This document shows positions 31,175-40,309 of a stretch of 64,000 bases of DNA, one piece after another. The translations under genes and the position numbers were made by a program. This stretch comes from Acetatifactor sp. Lineage in GTDB: Bacteria; Bacillota; Clostridia; Lachnospirales; Lachnospiraceae. Location: contig JAZSII010000034.1 in NCBI GenBank assembly GCA_045533725.1, positions 2,005 through 66,004 on the forward strand, written 5' to 3'. Positions within the stretch are counted from its first letter, which is position 1, and each line of letters starts with the position of its first letter. The notes under the pieces are model-generated. The model searched no databases. It saw nothing but the letters and a program-made list of their open reading frames with translations, and was not told where the DNA came from.

Positions 31175-32791
31175 TTATGCACGTACATCAAAGGAATAGC
31201 TCACCAATGCCGGGCGATTAGAATTCTCATTCAACAATTCCTTCATAGTGACATTTTGTCCTTGCACATTTTCTTCACGTACTGTCATTTGACAGGATAT
31301 CTTATAACCTCGCTTTTCCAGACGTTGCGTCAAAATATCAATATGTTCATTGATAAAATCAAGCATTTCATCGTCCTTCAAATAAAATCTGGTACTGACA
31401 TTGGCATCCTTCATTTGTACATAAACATCTACCGGACCCAAATGCTCCATATCCAAATGTAACAGGGCACTTACCTCTCCATCCTCGGATGCAATATGCT
31501 TCTTGTTGGAATAAACATACAGTTCTCCATGAGCATTATTCTCCGACAAGCGAATAGGCAATTGTACATATGCATACATCTGATTCATCTGATTTAGAAA
31601 ATTAACATTCTGAGACATATTTTGAACCGTTCTCGCCATAGGACTTTGTTCCTGCCCCATATTTTGCAAGACTTCCGTAATACCGCTTAATTGCTTCGTG
31701 ATTTTTTGATAAAAATCCTGTACTTTTTCCTTATTTGCAACCGCATCCGTTTCCAAAAGCATTCTTTCCCGCATAAATTTGCTTATTGCCTTGGAAAAAA
31801 CATCGCTGTTAAGAACCTTGGCTAATGCTTCTTTATCACCCGATACTTCATTTACAAGTTCTAATAATTGTTTCATTACATCTAATGTATCCGTGTTTAA
31901 TGACTTATCACTTACACCGCTATCCACACTCTGAAGCATGGTCTCAAGGTTCGTCAGTACTTTGTCTGTCGGATTTTGATTAAGTGATACATCCTGCCCG
32001 TTTTCTTGCGTTGAAAGAATATTTCCTTCCTGTATAACCACCCTGTTATTCACTTCCGAACCGGATTGCACCGCTTTAGGATAAGCAATTTCTTCATCTA
32101 TAATCTGCAGTACTTCCTGCAACATGGGTACAACAGACTTTTCCTGTCCATTCCCGGACATTTCCTTTACCAATTGCATCAAATCTGTAGTCATTTGCTC
32201 CACACCACCACTAAGCTGATGGTTCATTTCCTTATAGGAATGCATCTGTTCAATATTCTCTGAGGTTACGGGAAGATTCAATTTATGCAAATCAATAATA
32301 TCCATTAATTCAGCATCCGAATTTGCTAATACTTCCTGATAAATCCCCTGTAAAGACTCTCTGTTAATTGACATTCCTTCCTGCATCAATGTAGTAGTCA
32401 TATGCAAGGTTGTTTCGTTAAGCGGCAGTGATGCGGATTCCAAGGCTTTCGCTGCCGTCTCTCCCATTGCCATATTCTCCAACAAAGGGCTTAAGGATAA
32501 GGAATTGCCATTATTCTTTACCTGAAACAACAGATTTTTTCCCACACTCACTGCAACATTTTGCTCCAGTCTTGCCTGCAGGGAAACACTTTCTCCATTC
32601 ATTTGAAGTAACAGTTTCACAACATCTCCTGAGACTTCCGCAACCTCCCCCTGTAATACCTGACCGGGAACCAAGGCTTGAATTTGTGCAGAGATATTGT
32701 TTTGAGAAGTAATAATGCCACTTTGACCTACTGACGAAACATTTGTATTATTTTGTCCTAAAATATTACTCAACATTTCATTTAAGCGCAT
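31175..32791 (-). CDS. FliK-like (YlqG-type) protein
   Basis: C-terminal QLPI...LHLDMEHLGPVDV...SFDVRA; paired with FlhB-like gene. Confidence 0.75.
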   Translation of the reverse strand: MRLNEMLSNILGQNNTNVSSVGQSGIITSQNNISAQIQALVPGQVLQGEVAEVSGDVVKLLLQMNGESVSLQARLEQNVAVSVGKNLLFQVKNNGNSLSLSPLLENMAMGETAAKALESASLPLNETTLHMTTTLMQEGMSINRESLQGIYQEVLANSDAELMDIIDLHKLNLPVTSENIEQMHSYKEMNHQLSGGVEQMTTDLMQLVKEMSGNGQEKSVVPMLQEVLQIIDEEIAYPKAVQSGSEVNNRVVIQEGNILSTQENGQDVSLNQNPTDKVLTNLETMLQSVDSGVSDKSLNTDTLDVMKQLLELVNEVSGDKEALAKVLNSDVFSKAISKFMRERMLLETDAVANKEKVQDFYQKITKQLSGITEVLQNMGQEQSPMARTVQNMSQNVNFLNQMNQMYAYVQLPIRLSENNAHGELYVYSNKKHIASEDGEVSALLHLDMEHLGPVDVYVQMKDANVSTRFYLKDDEMLDFINEHIDILTQRLEKRGYKISCQMTVREENVQGQNVTMKELLNENSNRPALVSYSFDVRA

Positions 32792-32812
32792 ATTACATCT
32801 CCTCTCTGTTCG

Positions 32813-33574
32813 TTATCCAACAAAATTTTTAATAAAGCTTCTCCTATGGATGGGCGTCGGTCCAAGTTCCTTTAAAGCCGCAATATGTGAAGCACTTCCA
32901 TACCCTTTATTTCCGGCAAAATCATATCCGGGAAATACCGAATCATATTCTACCATCAACCTGTCTCTGGTAACCTTAGCAATAATACTTGCCGCACCTA
33001 TGGACATACTCTTGGCATCCCCTTTTATGATGGGCACCTGCTTGATATCCACTCCCGGAATGGTAACTGCATCATTTAATAAGATATCCGGCTTTACCGT
33101 CAAATTTTGTATTGCCTGACGCATAGCCTCATAGGTTGCCTGCAATATATTAATTTCATCTATTCGCTCCGGCGATGCATACCCGATACCACATGCAACT
33201 GCTTTCTCCATGATAATATCATAAAGCTCCTCTCTCTTTTTTTCGGAGAGTTTCTTAGAATCATTAATATATAAAATATCACAATCTTTCGGCAAAACAA
33301 CCGCACCGGCAACAACCGGTCCTGCCAAAGGACCTCTTCCGACCTCATCTATACCGCAAACAAATTGGTACTCACTATATTGCCGCTCATATTTCTGCAA
33401 ATCATAAATACGTGCTTTTTCTGCTTCTAACGCAACAATGCGTTTCCGGGCTGTATCTACAAGCTTCTTGACACCGGCTCTTTCATCCTCCCGAAATCTT
33501 TCTATAAATTCAGGCAGCTCATTTTCACAAGCCGCCTGATAGAATTCTTTTATTTCATTCATACTTAATGCCAT
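32813..33574 (-). CDS. rnhB: Ribonuclease HII
   Basis: [36 protein letters not shown]. Confidence 0.96.
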   Translation of the reverse strand: MALSMNEIKEFYQAACENELPEFIERFREDERAGVKKLVDTARKRIVALEAEKARIYDLQKYERQYSEYQFVCGIDEVGRGPLAGPVVAGAVVLPKDCDILYINDSKKLSEKKREELYDIIMEKAVACGIGYASPERIDEINILQATYEAMRQAIQNLTVKPDILLNDAVTIPGVDIKQVPIIKGDAKSMSIGAASIIAKVTRDRLMVEYDSVFPGYDFAGNKGYGSASHIAALKELGPTPIHRRSFIKNFVG

Positions 33575-33588
33575 ACTCTTATCCCCTT

Positions 33589-34134
33589 TTACTGATGTGA
33601 AACAAACCCTAATTTACCTAATGGCCAAATACGAAGCCACGCGCGTCCTATTATCTGATCTTTCTTGATATTCCCAACTTCAGCCACCCTGCTGTCAGAA
33701 CTGCAATTACGGTTATCCCCCAAAACAAAGTACTCATCCGGTCCTAATGTAACCGGTTCTGCAGCAAGTCCTCTCTTATCCTCGTCAATAATCTCACGAC
33801 CGTAAGATTCCAACAAAACCTTTCCATCAATTAAGATATTTCCTGCCTCATCAATCATAACGGTTTCGCCGGGAAGACCTATGATTCTTTTGATATAATA
33901 GGTTTCTTTTTGGTACTGGAAAGGAAATACAATTACATCAAATCGCTCCGGGTCCCTAAATCGATAGGTAATTTTGTCAACAATCAAATTATCTCCATCA
34001 CTCAATGTAGGCTCCATACTATCCCCGCTTACCTCTGTGCGCTGTCCTACAAATACAATTATCAAATATGTAATAAGCAAAACAACTAACAAATAAATAC
34101 CTGTACTAAAAATATCCTTTAAAACTTTATTCAT
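33589..34134 (-). CDS. lepB: Signal peptidase I
   Basis: TM anchor, [14 protein letters not shown] (Ser-Lys dyad), GDNR..S.DSR. Confidence 0.93.
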   Translation of the reverse strand: MNKVLKDIFSTGIYLLVVLLITYLIIVFVGQRTEVSGDSMEPTLSDGDNLIVDKITYRFRDPERFDVIVFPFQYQKETYYIKRIIGLPGETVMIDEAGNILIDGKVLLESYGREIIDEDKRGLAAEPVTLGPDEYFVLGDNRNCSSDSRVAEVGNIKKDQIIGRAWLRIWPLGKLGFVSHQ

Positions 34135-34153
34135 CTTACTGTCCTTCCAAACT

Positions 34154-34993
34154 TTATGGTCTTTCTAAACTGATTCGTCCCAATTTCCCGCTTCTGAAAT
34201 CATCCGTCAAAATATTAGATGCTTTTAACAAATCCGGTTCCTGACCTTTTCCATAGCATTTTCTGCTTTCTGCAATCTTGTTTAAAATATCCACTTCCGT
34301 TCCTGTTTCATCAATGTTGTATCTGGCTGATAACACGCCGGGATATATTTCCAGTAATTCATTAACCAAGTCACATGCCATCTCTTCCATAATAATAATT
34401 TCATCATTCATGGAACCGATAAATGCCAGATGCCTTCCAACGTTTTGATCCTCAAACTTAGGCCAAAGAATGCCGGGAGTGTCTAACAATTCCAGTCCTT
34501 TATTTAATTTAATCCACTGTTTTCCTTTTGTAACACCGGGTTTATTGCCGGTTTTTGTACATGCTTTTCCTGCAAAAGAATTGATAAACGTAGATTTTCC
34601 TACATTAGGAATACCAACCACCATGGCACGAACAGGGCGATTCAATATCCCCCGCTTACGGTCTCTCTCAATCTTTTCCTTACATGCCTCCTGAACCAGA
34701 GCATTCATGGATTTCACACCGAAGCCGGTCTTGGCATTTATTTCCAAGACATGAATGCCTTGTTCTTCAAAATATTTTTTCCATAATGCATTTACCGCCG
34801 GGTCTGCCAAATCAGACTTATTCAAAAGAACAATCCTTGACTTTCCCGCACCTAATGTATCAATATCAGGATTTCTGCTACTGAGCGGAATTCTGGCATC
34901 CACTAATTCAATGATCAAGTCTATTAATTTTATGTTTTCCTGCATCATACGCTTTGCTTTTGTCATATGACCGGGATACCATTGATAATTCAT
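34154..34993 (-). CDS. rbgA: Ribosome biogenesis GTPase RbgA/YlqF
   Basis: QWYPGHM, DARIP, NKSD, GIPNVGKS, DTPGILWP. Confidence 0.95.
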   Translation of the reverse strand: MNYQWYPGHMTKAKRMMQENIKLIDLIIELVDARIPLSSRNPDIDTLGAGKSRIVLLNKSDLADPAVNALWKKYFEEQGIHVLEINAKTGFGVKSMNALVQEACKEKIERDRKRGILNRPVRAMVVGIPNVGKSTFINSFAGKACTKTGNKPGVTKGKQWIKLNKGLELLDTPGILWPKFEDQNVGRHLAFIGSMNDEIIIMEEMACDLVNELLEIYPGVLSARYNIDETGTEVDILNKIAESRKCYGKGQEPDLLKASNILTDDFRSGKLGRISLERP

Positions 34994-35008
34994 AAATTAC
35001 TCTCCATA

Positions 35009-35593
35009 CTATTTAATAAATCCAATTCCGTCCGTACTGCTTTTCATGTGAAACCACGCTTTTCCTATAATATCTTCCGCATTAACCGGACCTATATTTG
35101 GCGAACGGCTATCCTCGCTATTGTTGGGATTATCACCTATACAAAAATATTCTCCGGTTCCGAGTACAATCTCATTCTCTGCAATCCCCGGCTCCAATAT
35201 TTTTGTATTCACATACGGACTTTCCACACCATTTACAAAGCACACACCATCAATAATCTGTATCTTATCAGAGGGCGTGGCAATTACTCTTTTCACATAA
35301 TAATGTGAATTCTGATTACCGTTTGGCAAAAATACAATAACGTCTCCAGCCTTTGGAGTTGACAAAGTATATGCAAAACGATTGATATATATTTTTTGAC
35401 CATTTTCCAAGGTGGGTTCCATGGAAATACCAATCACATTTATTGACATTCCGAATGTATATACCAAAACTACTGCAATCAAAACTGCCGTCAATATGCA
35501 AATAATATAAGAAAAAATCTCCTTTATCAGAGAAACACTTATTTTTTTCTTTTTTCTTTGATAAAAAGTCAAACCTCTTTTACGACGTGACAT
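35009..35593 (-). CDS. lepB: Signal peptidase I (second copy)
   Basis: TM anchor, GISMEPTL, VKRVIA, GDN..NSEDSR. Confidence 0.9.
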   Translation of the reverse strand: MSRRKRGLTFYQRKKKKISVSLIKEIFSYIICILTAVLIAVVLVYTFGMSINVIGISMEPTLENGQKIYINRFAYTLSTPKAGDVIVFLPNGNQNSHYYVKRVIATPSDKIQIIDGVCFVNGVESPYVNTKILEPGIAENEIVLGTGEYFCIGDNPNNSEDSRSPNIGPVNAEDIIGKAWFHMKSSTDGIGFIK

Positions 35594-35654
35594 AAATCAC
35601 CTCACGCAATTATTATCTTACATTTATCTATTTTAACATATATTCTCAAATTAG

Positions 35655-35685
35655 AAAAGGACAACTACAAATATTGTAATTGTCC
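35655..35685 (-). terminator. Terminator after rplS
   Basis: GGACAATTACAA/TTGTAGTTGTCC stem plus TTTT. Confidence 0.7.
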
Positions 35686-35699
35686 GTTTCAAGCGTAAA

Positions 35700-36047
35700 T
35701 TATTTAACCAGTTCTTTTACTTTTGCCTTCTTACCTACGCGGTCTCTTAAGTAGTTCAATTTAGCACGTCTTACTTTACCTCTTCTTACTACCTCGATCT
35801 TCTCTACGTTAGGAGAATGCAAAGGCCAGGTCTTTTCAACGCCAACACCGTTTGAAGACTTTCTAACGGTAAAGGTTTCTCTGTTGCTTCCACCCTGTCT
35901 CTTTAATACAACGCCTTCGAAAACCTGAATTCTTTCACGGTTTCCTTCCTTAATCTTTCCGTATACCTTTACGGTATCACCTACATTGAAGTCAACAATA
36001 TCAGTCTTTAACTGAGCAGCTTCAATTTCTCTGATAATATCACTCAT
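35700..36047 (-). CDS. rplS: 50S ribosomal protein L19
   Basis: [30 protein letters not shown]. Confidence 0.98.
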   Translation of the reverse strand: MSDIIREIEAAQLKTDIVDFNVGDTVKVYGKIKEGNRERIQVFEGVVLKRQGGSNRETFTVRKSSNGVGVEKTWPLHSPNVEKIEVVRRGKVRRAKLNYLRDRVGKKAKVKELVK

Positions 36048-36068
36048 TTTGAGCCTCCTTATAAAACT

Positions 36069-36105
36069 GGATGTTCTTAATACCCTTCGTAACAGCGGAC
36101 CATCT
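36069..36105 (-). promoter_or_regulatory. L19 leader RNA
   Basis: GATGGTCCGCTG...AAGAACATC hairpin just upstream of the rplS RBS, as in Firmicutes L19 leaders. Confidence 0.7.
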
Positions 36106-36153
36106 CATTTTCGCAACGTTGATATTTTAACATATTTGTTTGTACAATGCAAG

Positions 36154-36612
36154 CTATTTATTACTCTTTTTTCCAAATATTCTCTTTATTTTTGCTACGG
36201 TTTTTGAAATAAACGGACGTAATGGCCTCAAGAAAAGCCATATTTGGGAACGAAACCGATACCATAAATTTTTTTCAGATATTTTTTCCCCTTTTATTAT
36301 AAATATTTCTGCCTTTCCAAGCATCTGCCCTACTGCCAAAGGTCCCTCTATTTCTTTCTGATTATCTCCTACCAAAAAAACACCCTGTTCAGATACTTTC
36401 CAGATACGATGCAAAACCAAAATATCCTTTTCACCGTTTTCCTTGAATCTTCGGTAAAGAACTACATCTCCCCGTTTCAAGATTGTATTTGCATCTACGG
36501 GGGAAACAATCACTTCATCCCTTCCCGGAACAAGAGTCGGATACATGCTCCAGCCCTGAGGCTTAAACTGTATGGAATTACCTTCTGATAACAGCTTTTC
36601 GATATCCTGCAT
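36154..36612 (-). CDS. S24/S26-family peptidase, Ser-His type, no N-terminal membrane anchor
   Basis: GWSMYPTL (Ser22), RGDVVLY, VLHRI (His68), VGDN. Confidence 0.85.
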   Translation of the reverse strand: MQDIEKLLSEGNSIQFKPQGWSMYPTLVPGRDEVIVSPVDANTILKRGDVVLYRRFKENGEKDILVLHRIWKVSEQGVFLVGDNQKEIEGPLAVGQMLGKAEIFIIKGEKISEKNLWYRFRSQIWLFLRPLRPFISKTVAKIKRIFGKKSNK

Positions 36613-36709
36613 AGTGAATTCTTTTCTCCGTCTTTGATTTCGAGTAGATTTTTCTGAAACATAATGTTACAATTATTATACAAGTTTTTTTCAAAGGAGT
36701 AAAGATTCC

Positions 36710-37870
36710 ATGAAGCAAAATCCAAATTTTATCTTAAAAGAGCTGGCCGGAGTCCCCTACCTGCTTCCCTACGGCCAAATGATTGCAGATCATCATCGCG
36801 GTATCAAGTTAAATGAAACCGGGGTATATTTTTGGACTCTTTTGAAAGAAGAAATGACTTTGGAAGAAATACTTTATGCCGGTAAAATACACTATCAAAT
36901 TCCGGATGATAATATATCCGAATTTGAACAGGATATTAAAGAATATTTAAAGACATTATTGGCACATAATATCTTACTGGATCATTCTTACAAAAAAAAC
37001 ACCTCTGTTTTTGACGAAAAACATATTTGTATTGCAGGAATACATATTTGTTTCCTTAATTTTTATACAGCTTTTCCGGAAGCATTCAATACTTTCTTAA
37101 CAGAGAATAATACAGCAGCAGATCAAACCATTACTTTTCATACCGGTCATCCGCCCTATAATGAAAACGGTAAAATATTGATTCGTAATCAGGAATTACA
37201 GATTATAGAAGCATCCGATAAATATATTATCACCTTCCCACAGGCAACCGGTCTATTTGATATGTATTTATCCTTTGATGGCTCACATGTCGATATTTAC
37301 GGCATTCCCTCCCTCATAGATGTATTTAAGGAGGATTTGTTCCATGCCATTCGACTTCCCTTCCTGTATTTGGCTCAAATGCGCAATATGGTTGCATTAC
37401 ATTCTGTATCAATATTGTATCAGGATAAGCTTTGGTTATTTTCCGGGCCATCCGGCACCGGCAAATCCACTCATGCAAATTTATGGCAGACATATTTAAA
37501 TGTACCCACCATCAACGGTGATTTAAATCTACTTGCCTCAGACGGTAAAAAAACAGTGGTTCATGGTATTCCCTGGTGTGGCACTTCCGGAATATATGAT
37601 CCAAACACCTATGAATTGGGCGGCATTGTGTTGCTAAAACAAGCCCCCGCCAACTACATCAACGAACTTTCCGAGGACGAAAAAATATTGCTGGTATCAC
37701 AGCGACTTATATCTCCAACCTGGAACAAAAAACAGTTTAACATAAATTTATGTGTAAGTGAAAAAATCGTTCGCAATAAACTACTATGCCGCCTACACTG
37801 TACCAAAGAGAAAGAAGCTTTGGAAATCATGAAACAATATATTGACAAATATTTAGAGGATGCCAATTAG
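36710..37870 (+). CDS. PqqD/RRE domain fused to HPr-kinase-like P-loop domain
   Basis: N-terminal LNETGVYFWTLL...FEQDIKEYLKTL; C-terminal ALHS, FSGPSGTGKSTHA, INGD, GIPWCG. Confidence 0.82.
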   Translation: MKQNPNFILKELAGVPYLLPYGQMIADHHRGIKLNETGVYFWTLLKEEMTLEEILYAGKIHYQIPDDNISEFEQDIKEYLKTLLAHNILLDHSYKKNTSVFDEKHICIAGIHICFLNFYTAFPEAFNTFLTENNTAADQTITFHTGHPPYNENGKILIRNQELQIIEASDKYIITFPQATGLFDMYLSFDGSHVDIYGIPSLIDVFKEDLFHAIRLPFLYLAQMRNMVALHSVSILYQDKLWLFSGPSGTGKSTHANLWQTYLNVPTINGDLNLLASDGKKTVVHGIPWCGTSGIYDPNTYELGGIVLLKQAPANYINELSEDEKILLVSQRLISPTWNKKQFNINLCVSEKIVRNKLLCRLHCTKEKEALEIMKQYIDKYLEDAN

Positions 37871-37879
37871 GCATCCTTT
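37857..37879. terminator. Hairpin between convergent kinase and ABC genes
   Basis: AGGATGCC-AATTA-GGCATCCT. Confidence 0.55.
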
Positions 37880-37883
37880 ACTT

Positions 37884-39716
37884 TTAAAAGCCTCTTACCA
37901 TTTCATCAATTTCTTCTTCGTTTAATATCACACATTTTTTATCCCGAATTGCATAAACTCTGGTACAAGCACTGAGTACTGTGGGTCTGTGTGTAGTCAC
38001 AATACAGGTACGCGGTCTCTCATCATTCATAATATTACGCAATACTTTTCGCTCAGTTGCTACGTCCAGTGCTGATGTCGCTTCATCCAAAAGTAAAATC
38101 GGTGCATCACGCAAAAGAGCTCTGGCAATAGAAAGTCTCTGAGCCTGTCCTTCTGAAAATCCACCGCCACGCTCTTTAATGGCACTGTTAATACCATCCG
38201 GTAACTTCTCCACAAACTCCCATGCACATGCAGCCTTTAGGGCTTCTATTATTTGTTCATCCGTAGCATCTTCCTTTACATTACGCATATTTTCCGCAAT
38301 AGTACCTGAAAACATGGTATTTCCCTGAGGTACGTAGGAGAAAAGCTTACGGGTTGACGGTGTCAAAGGTACTGCATTGTATTTCTCAAATAACTCTTCA
38401 CAAGCCAGACTCTTATTTTCCTCATTAAACAAATCAGAATACACATGCACTCCCGTCAAGTACGCCACGCCTTCCTGTGTCTGCATCAAAGAAAGTACCA
38501 ATCGAAGCATGGTAGTCTTACCCTCTCCGGACGGCCCCACTAATGCAATAATTTCATGGGGATTCACTTCCATGGAAGCCCCTTCAAACACCAATGTACC
38601 GGTCTTGTAAGCATAATCCACGTCCTTCATTTTAAGGCTGATACCCATCGCCTTGTTCTCCTCTAAGAACTTCGCCACTACATCATCATTACTGTAATCC
38701 TCTCTGGGCATCTCTACGATATCCATGAGACGACCTGCGGAGGTGGTTAACCTAATTACTGTTGGTACAAGCGATGAAAAATTATGAAAAGAAGTTGTTA
38801 ATGAAGTAGATAACGCTAAAAACATTGTCATCGTTCCATAATCAATGGCACCTGAAAAGACTCTATAAATTCCCCATCCATATGAACTGTATGTAACAAT
38901 CAATCCTACTGTGGATAAAAGTAATGATGTTCCAACAGACATTTTCTGAAAATCAATATTCATATTAATATATTCATTCTGAAGACCTTTTAACTTATTA
39001 ACATATAACTTAATCAAATCAAATGACTTTATTGTTTGAATGTTAGTAAATACTTCTTGATTAAAACCCGTAATCTTTGCTCCCATTTTTGCACTACGTT
39101 CATTATTATTGGTCATTCTTCGTAATAACTTCTTAGATAACAACATAGTAATAGGCGCACCCATCAGCGCAAACAACGCAAAGGTCCAATCATAATATAA
39201 AATGACTGCAAACGCCGTACCGAATCGAAAACAATAAATACAAAACTGCGGAACAAAACTCAAAATACCACTACTTATTATTGAAACATCAGTGCTCCAC
39301 CTTGTCAATAAATCTCCTGAATGATACCCTGACAACGCCTCCCAGTCTGTACATAAAATTTTATGAAAAACATCCTTTTTAATCTCAGCATTAATTTTCA
39401 TACTAATATAGTTCGATGCAAACGTAGAGAACTCGGAAAGTAACATAGTTATAATATTTAAACATATCATCCATATAAAAACGCTTAAAATATTACCAAC
39501 CGTTTTCCCCGTAATCAGATTAATCAAATCTTTTGAAGTAAATGCCGTTAATAAAGAAATTAAGACACTTAATAATCCGATTGAAAGATAAAGCAATATA
39601 TATTTCCAATAGTTTTTTCCATATGAGTATATCCACTTGATTTGAAGTAATTTATTTTTTACATTTTCTTTCGTCAACCATTTATTGATAAATTTCATAC
39701 TTTCTATTACACTCAA
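37884..39716 (-). CDS. ABC exporter, fused TMD-NBD, no C39 peptidase domain
   Basis: About six TM helices, SGDLLTR, GPSGEGKTT, FSEGQAQR, LLLDEATSALD. Confidence 0.92.
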   Translation of the reverse strand: MSVIESMKFINKWLTKENVKNKLLQIKWIYSYGKNYWKYILLYLSIGLLSVLISLLTAFTSKDLINLITGKTVGNILSVFIWMICLNIITMLLSEFSTFASNYISMKINAEIKKDVFHKILCTDWEALSGYHSGDLLTRWSTDVSIISSGILSFVPQFCIYCFRFGTAFAVILYYDWTFALFALMGAPITMLLSKKLLRRMTNNNERSAKMGAKITGFNQEVFTNIQTIKSFDLIKLYVNKLKGLQNEYINMNIDFQKMSVGTSLLLSTVGLIVTYSSYGWGIYRVFSGAIDYGTMTMFLALSTSLTTSFHNFSSLVPTVIRLTTSAGRLMDIVEMPREDYSNDDVVAKFLEENKAMGISLKMKDVDYAYKTGTLVFEGASMEVNPHEIIALVGPSGEGKTTMLRLVLSLMQTQEGVAYLTGVHVYSDLFNEENKSLACEELFEKYNAVPLTPSTRKLFSYVPQGNTMFSGTIAENMRNVKEDATDEQIIEALKAACAWEFVEKLPDGINSAIKERGGGFSEGQAQRLSIARALLRDAPILLLDEATSALDVATERKVLRNIMNDERPRTCIVTTHRPTVLSACTRVYAIRDKKCVILNEEEIDEMVRGF

Positions 39717-39744
39717 TCCATAATAATTTAATTATTTTAATACA

Positions 39745-39776
39745 TAAAACAGCACCATCAATTAAGATGGTGCTGT
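39745..39776 (-). terminator. Intrinsic terminator between precursor-like gene and ABC exporter
   Basis: ACAGCACCATC-TTAATT-GATGGTGCTGT followed by TTT, 5 nt after the stop. Confidence 0.75.
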
Positions 39777-39781
39777 AACAA

Positions 39782-40192
39782 TTAAATAGGGCATTCAATA
39801 TATGAATTCTTACATGCAAGCGTAGAAGTTTCACCGGTTGTCTTTACTCTTAAAGCAAAACCCCATCCTTCATTTTGATTCTTATTTTCCCATGCACGAT
39901 ATACTTTAACCTGCGATCCATTCACTTCAGTATACATGCCACTACAACTTACTACTTCCAAAATATCCTGATTAAAGTTCACAACCCAAACTGCATCCGG
40001 AATATGACCAACATCTATACTTGCATGAGTAGCATAAAAATTAAATTCTCTTGAATTATCGCTTGCAACCTCATTATTTGTCTCTGCATCTTTAATAACA
40101 ATCCAACAATCAACACCATTTCCACTAGCTGCATAAACGCCTTCAGCCAACTCCTCATTTATCATTACTACAGGTCTTTCATATTTTTTCAT
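39782..40192 (-). CDS. 136-aa protein with RiPP/lasso-like leader and beta-rich 4-Cys mature region (putative substrate)
   Basis: RBS GGGAGGA; MKKYERPVVMINEELAEGVYAASG has YxxP and no hydrophobic h-region; own promoter and terminator. Confidence 0.75.
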   Translation of the reverse strand: MKKYERPVVMINEELAEGVYAASGNGVDCWIVIKDAETNNEVASDNSREFNFYATHASIDVGHIPDAVWVVNFNQDILEVVSCSGMYTEVNGSQVKVYRAWENKNQNEGWGFALRVKTTGETSTLACKNSYIECPI

Positions 40193-40232
40193 AAATATCC
40201 TCCCATAAACGCAATCAAAAATTTACAAATAT

Positions 40233-40261
40233 AACATACCACATTTGTTTATATATGTAAA
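40233..40261 (-). promoter_or_regulatory. Sigma-A-like promoter (extended -10) of precursor-like gene
   Basis: TTTACA-17nt-TATGTT with TG at -15/-14. Confidence 0.5.
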
Positions 40262-40309
40262 CCATTTCTTGCAAAAAAAATCATTTTTCTGCATATTTTG
40301 TTATTAATA

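Noticed and set aside
30864-32791. Type III secretion island
   Set aside because: FliK-like/FlhB-like pair is the usual ylqG-ylqH-type neighbour of rnhB in flagellated Firmicutes.
33589-35593. Two lepB copies as part of the new system
   Set aside because: Both are ordinary anchored Ser-Lys enzymes in the conserved rplS-lepB-rbgA-rnhB context.
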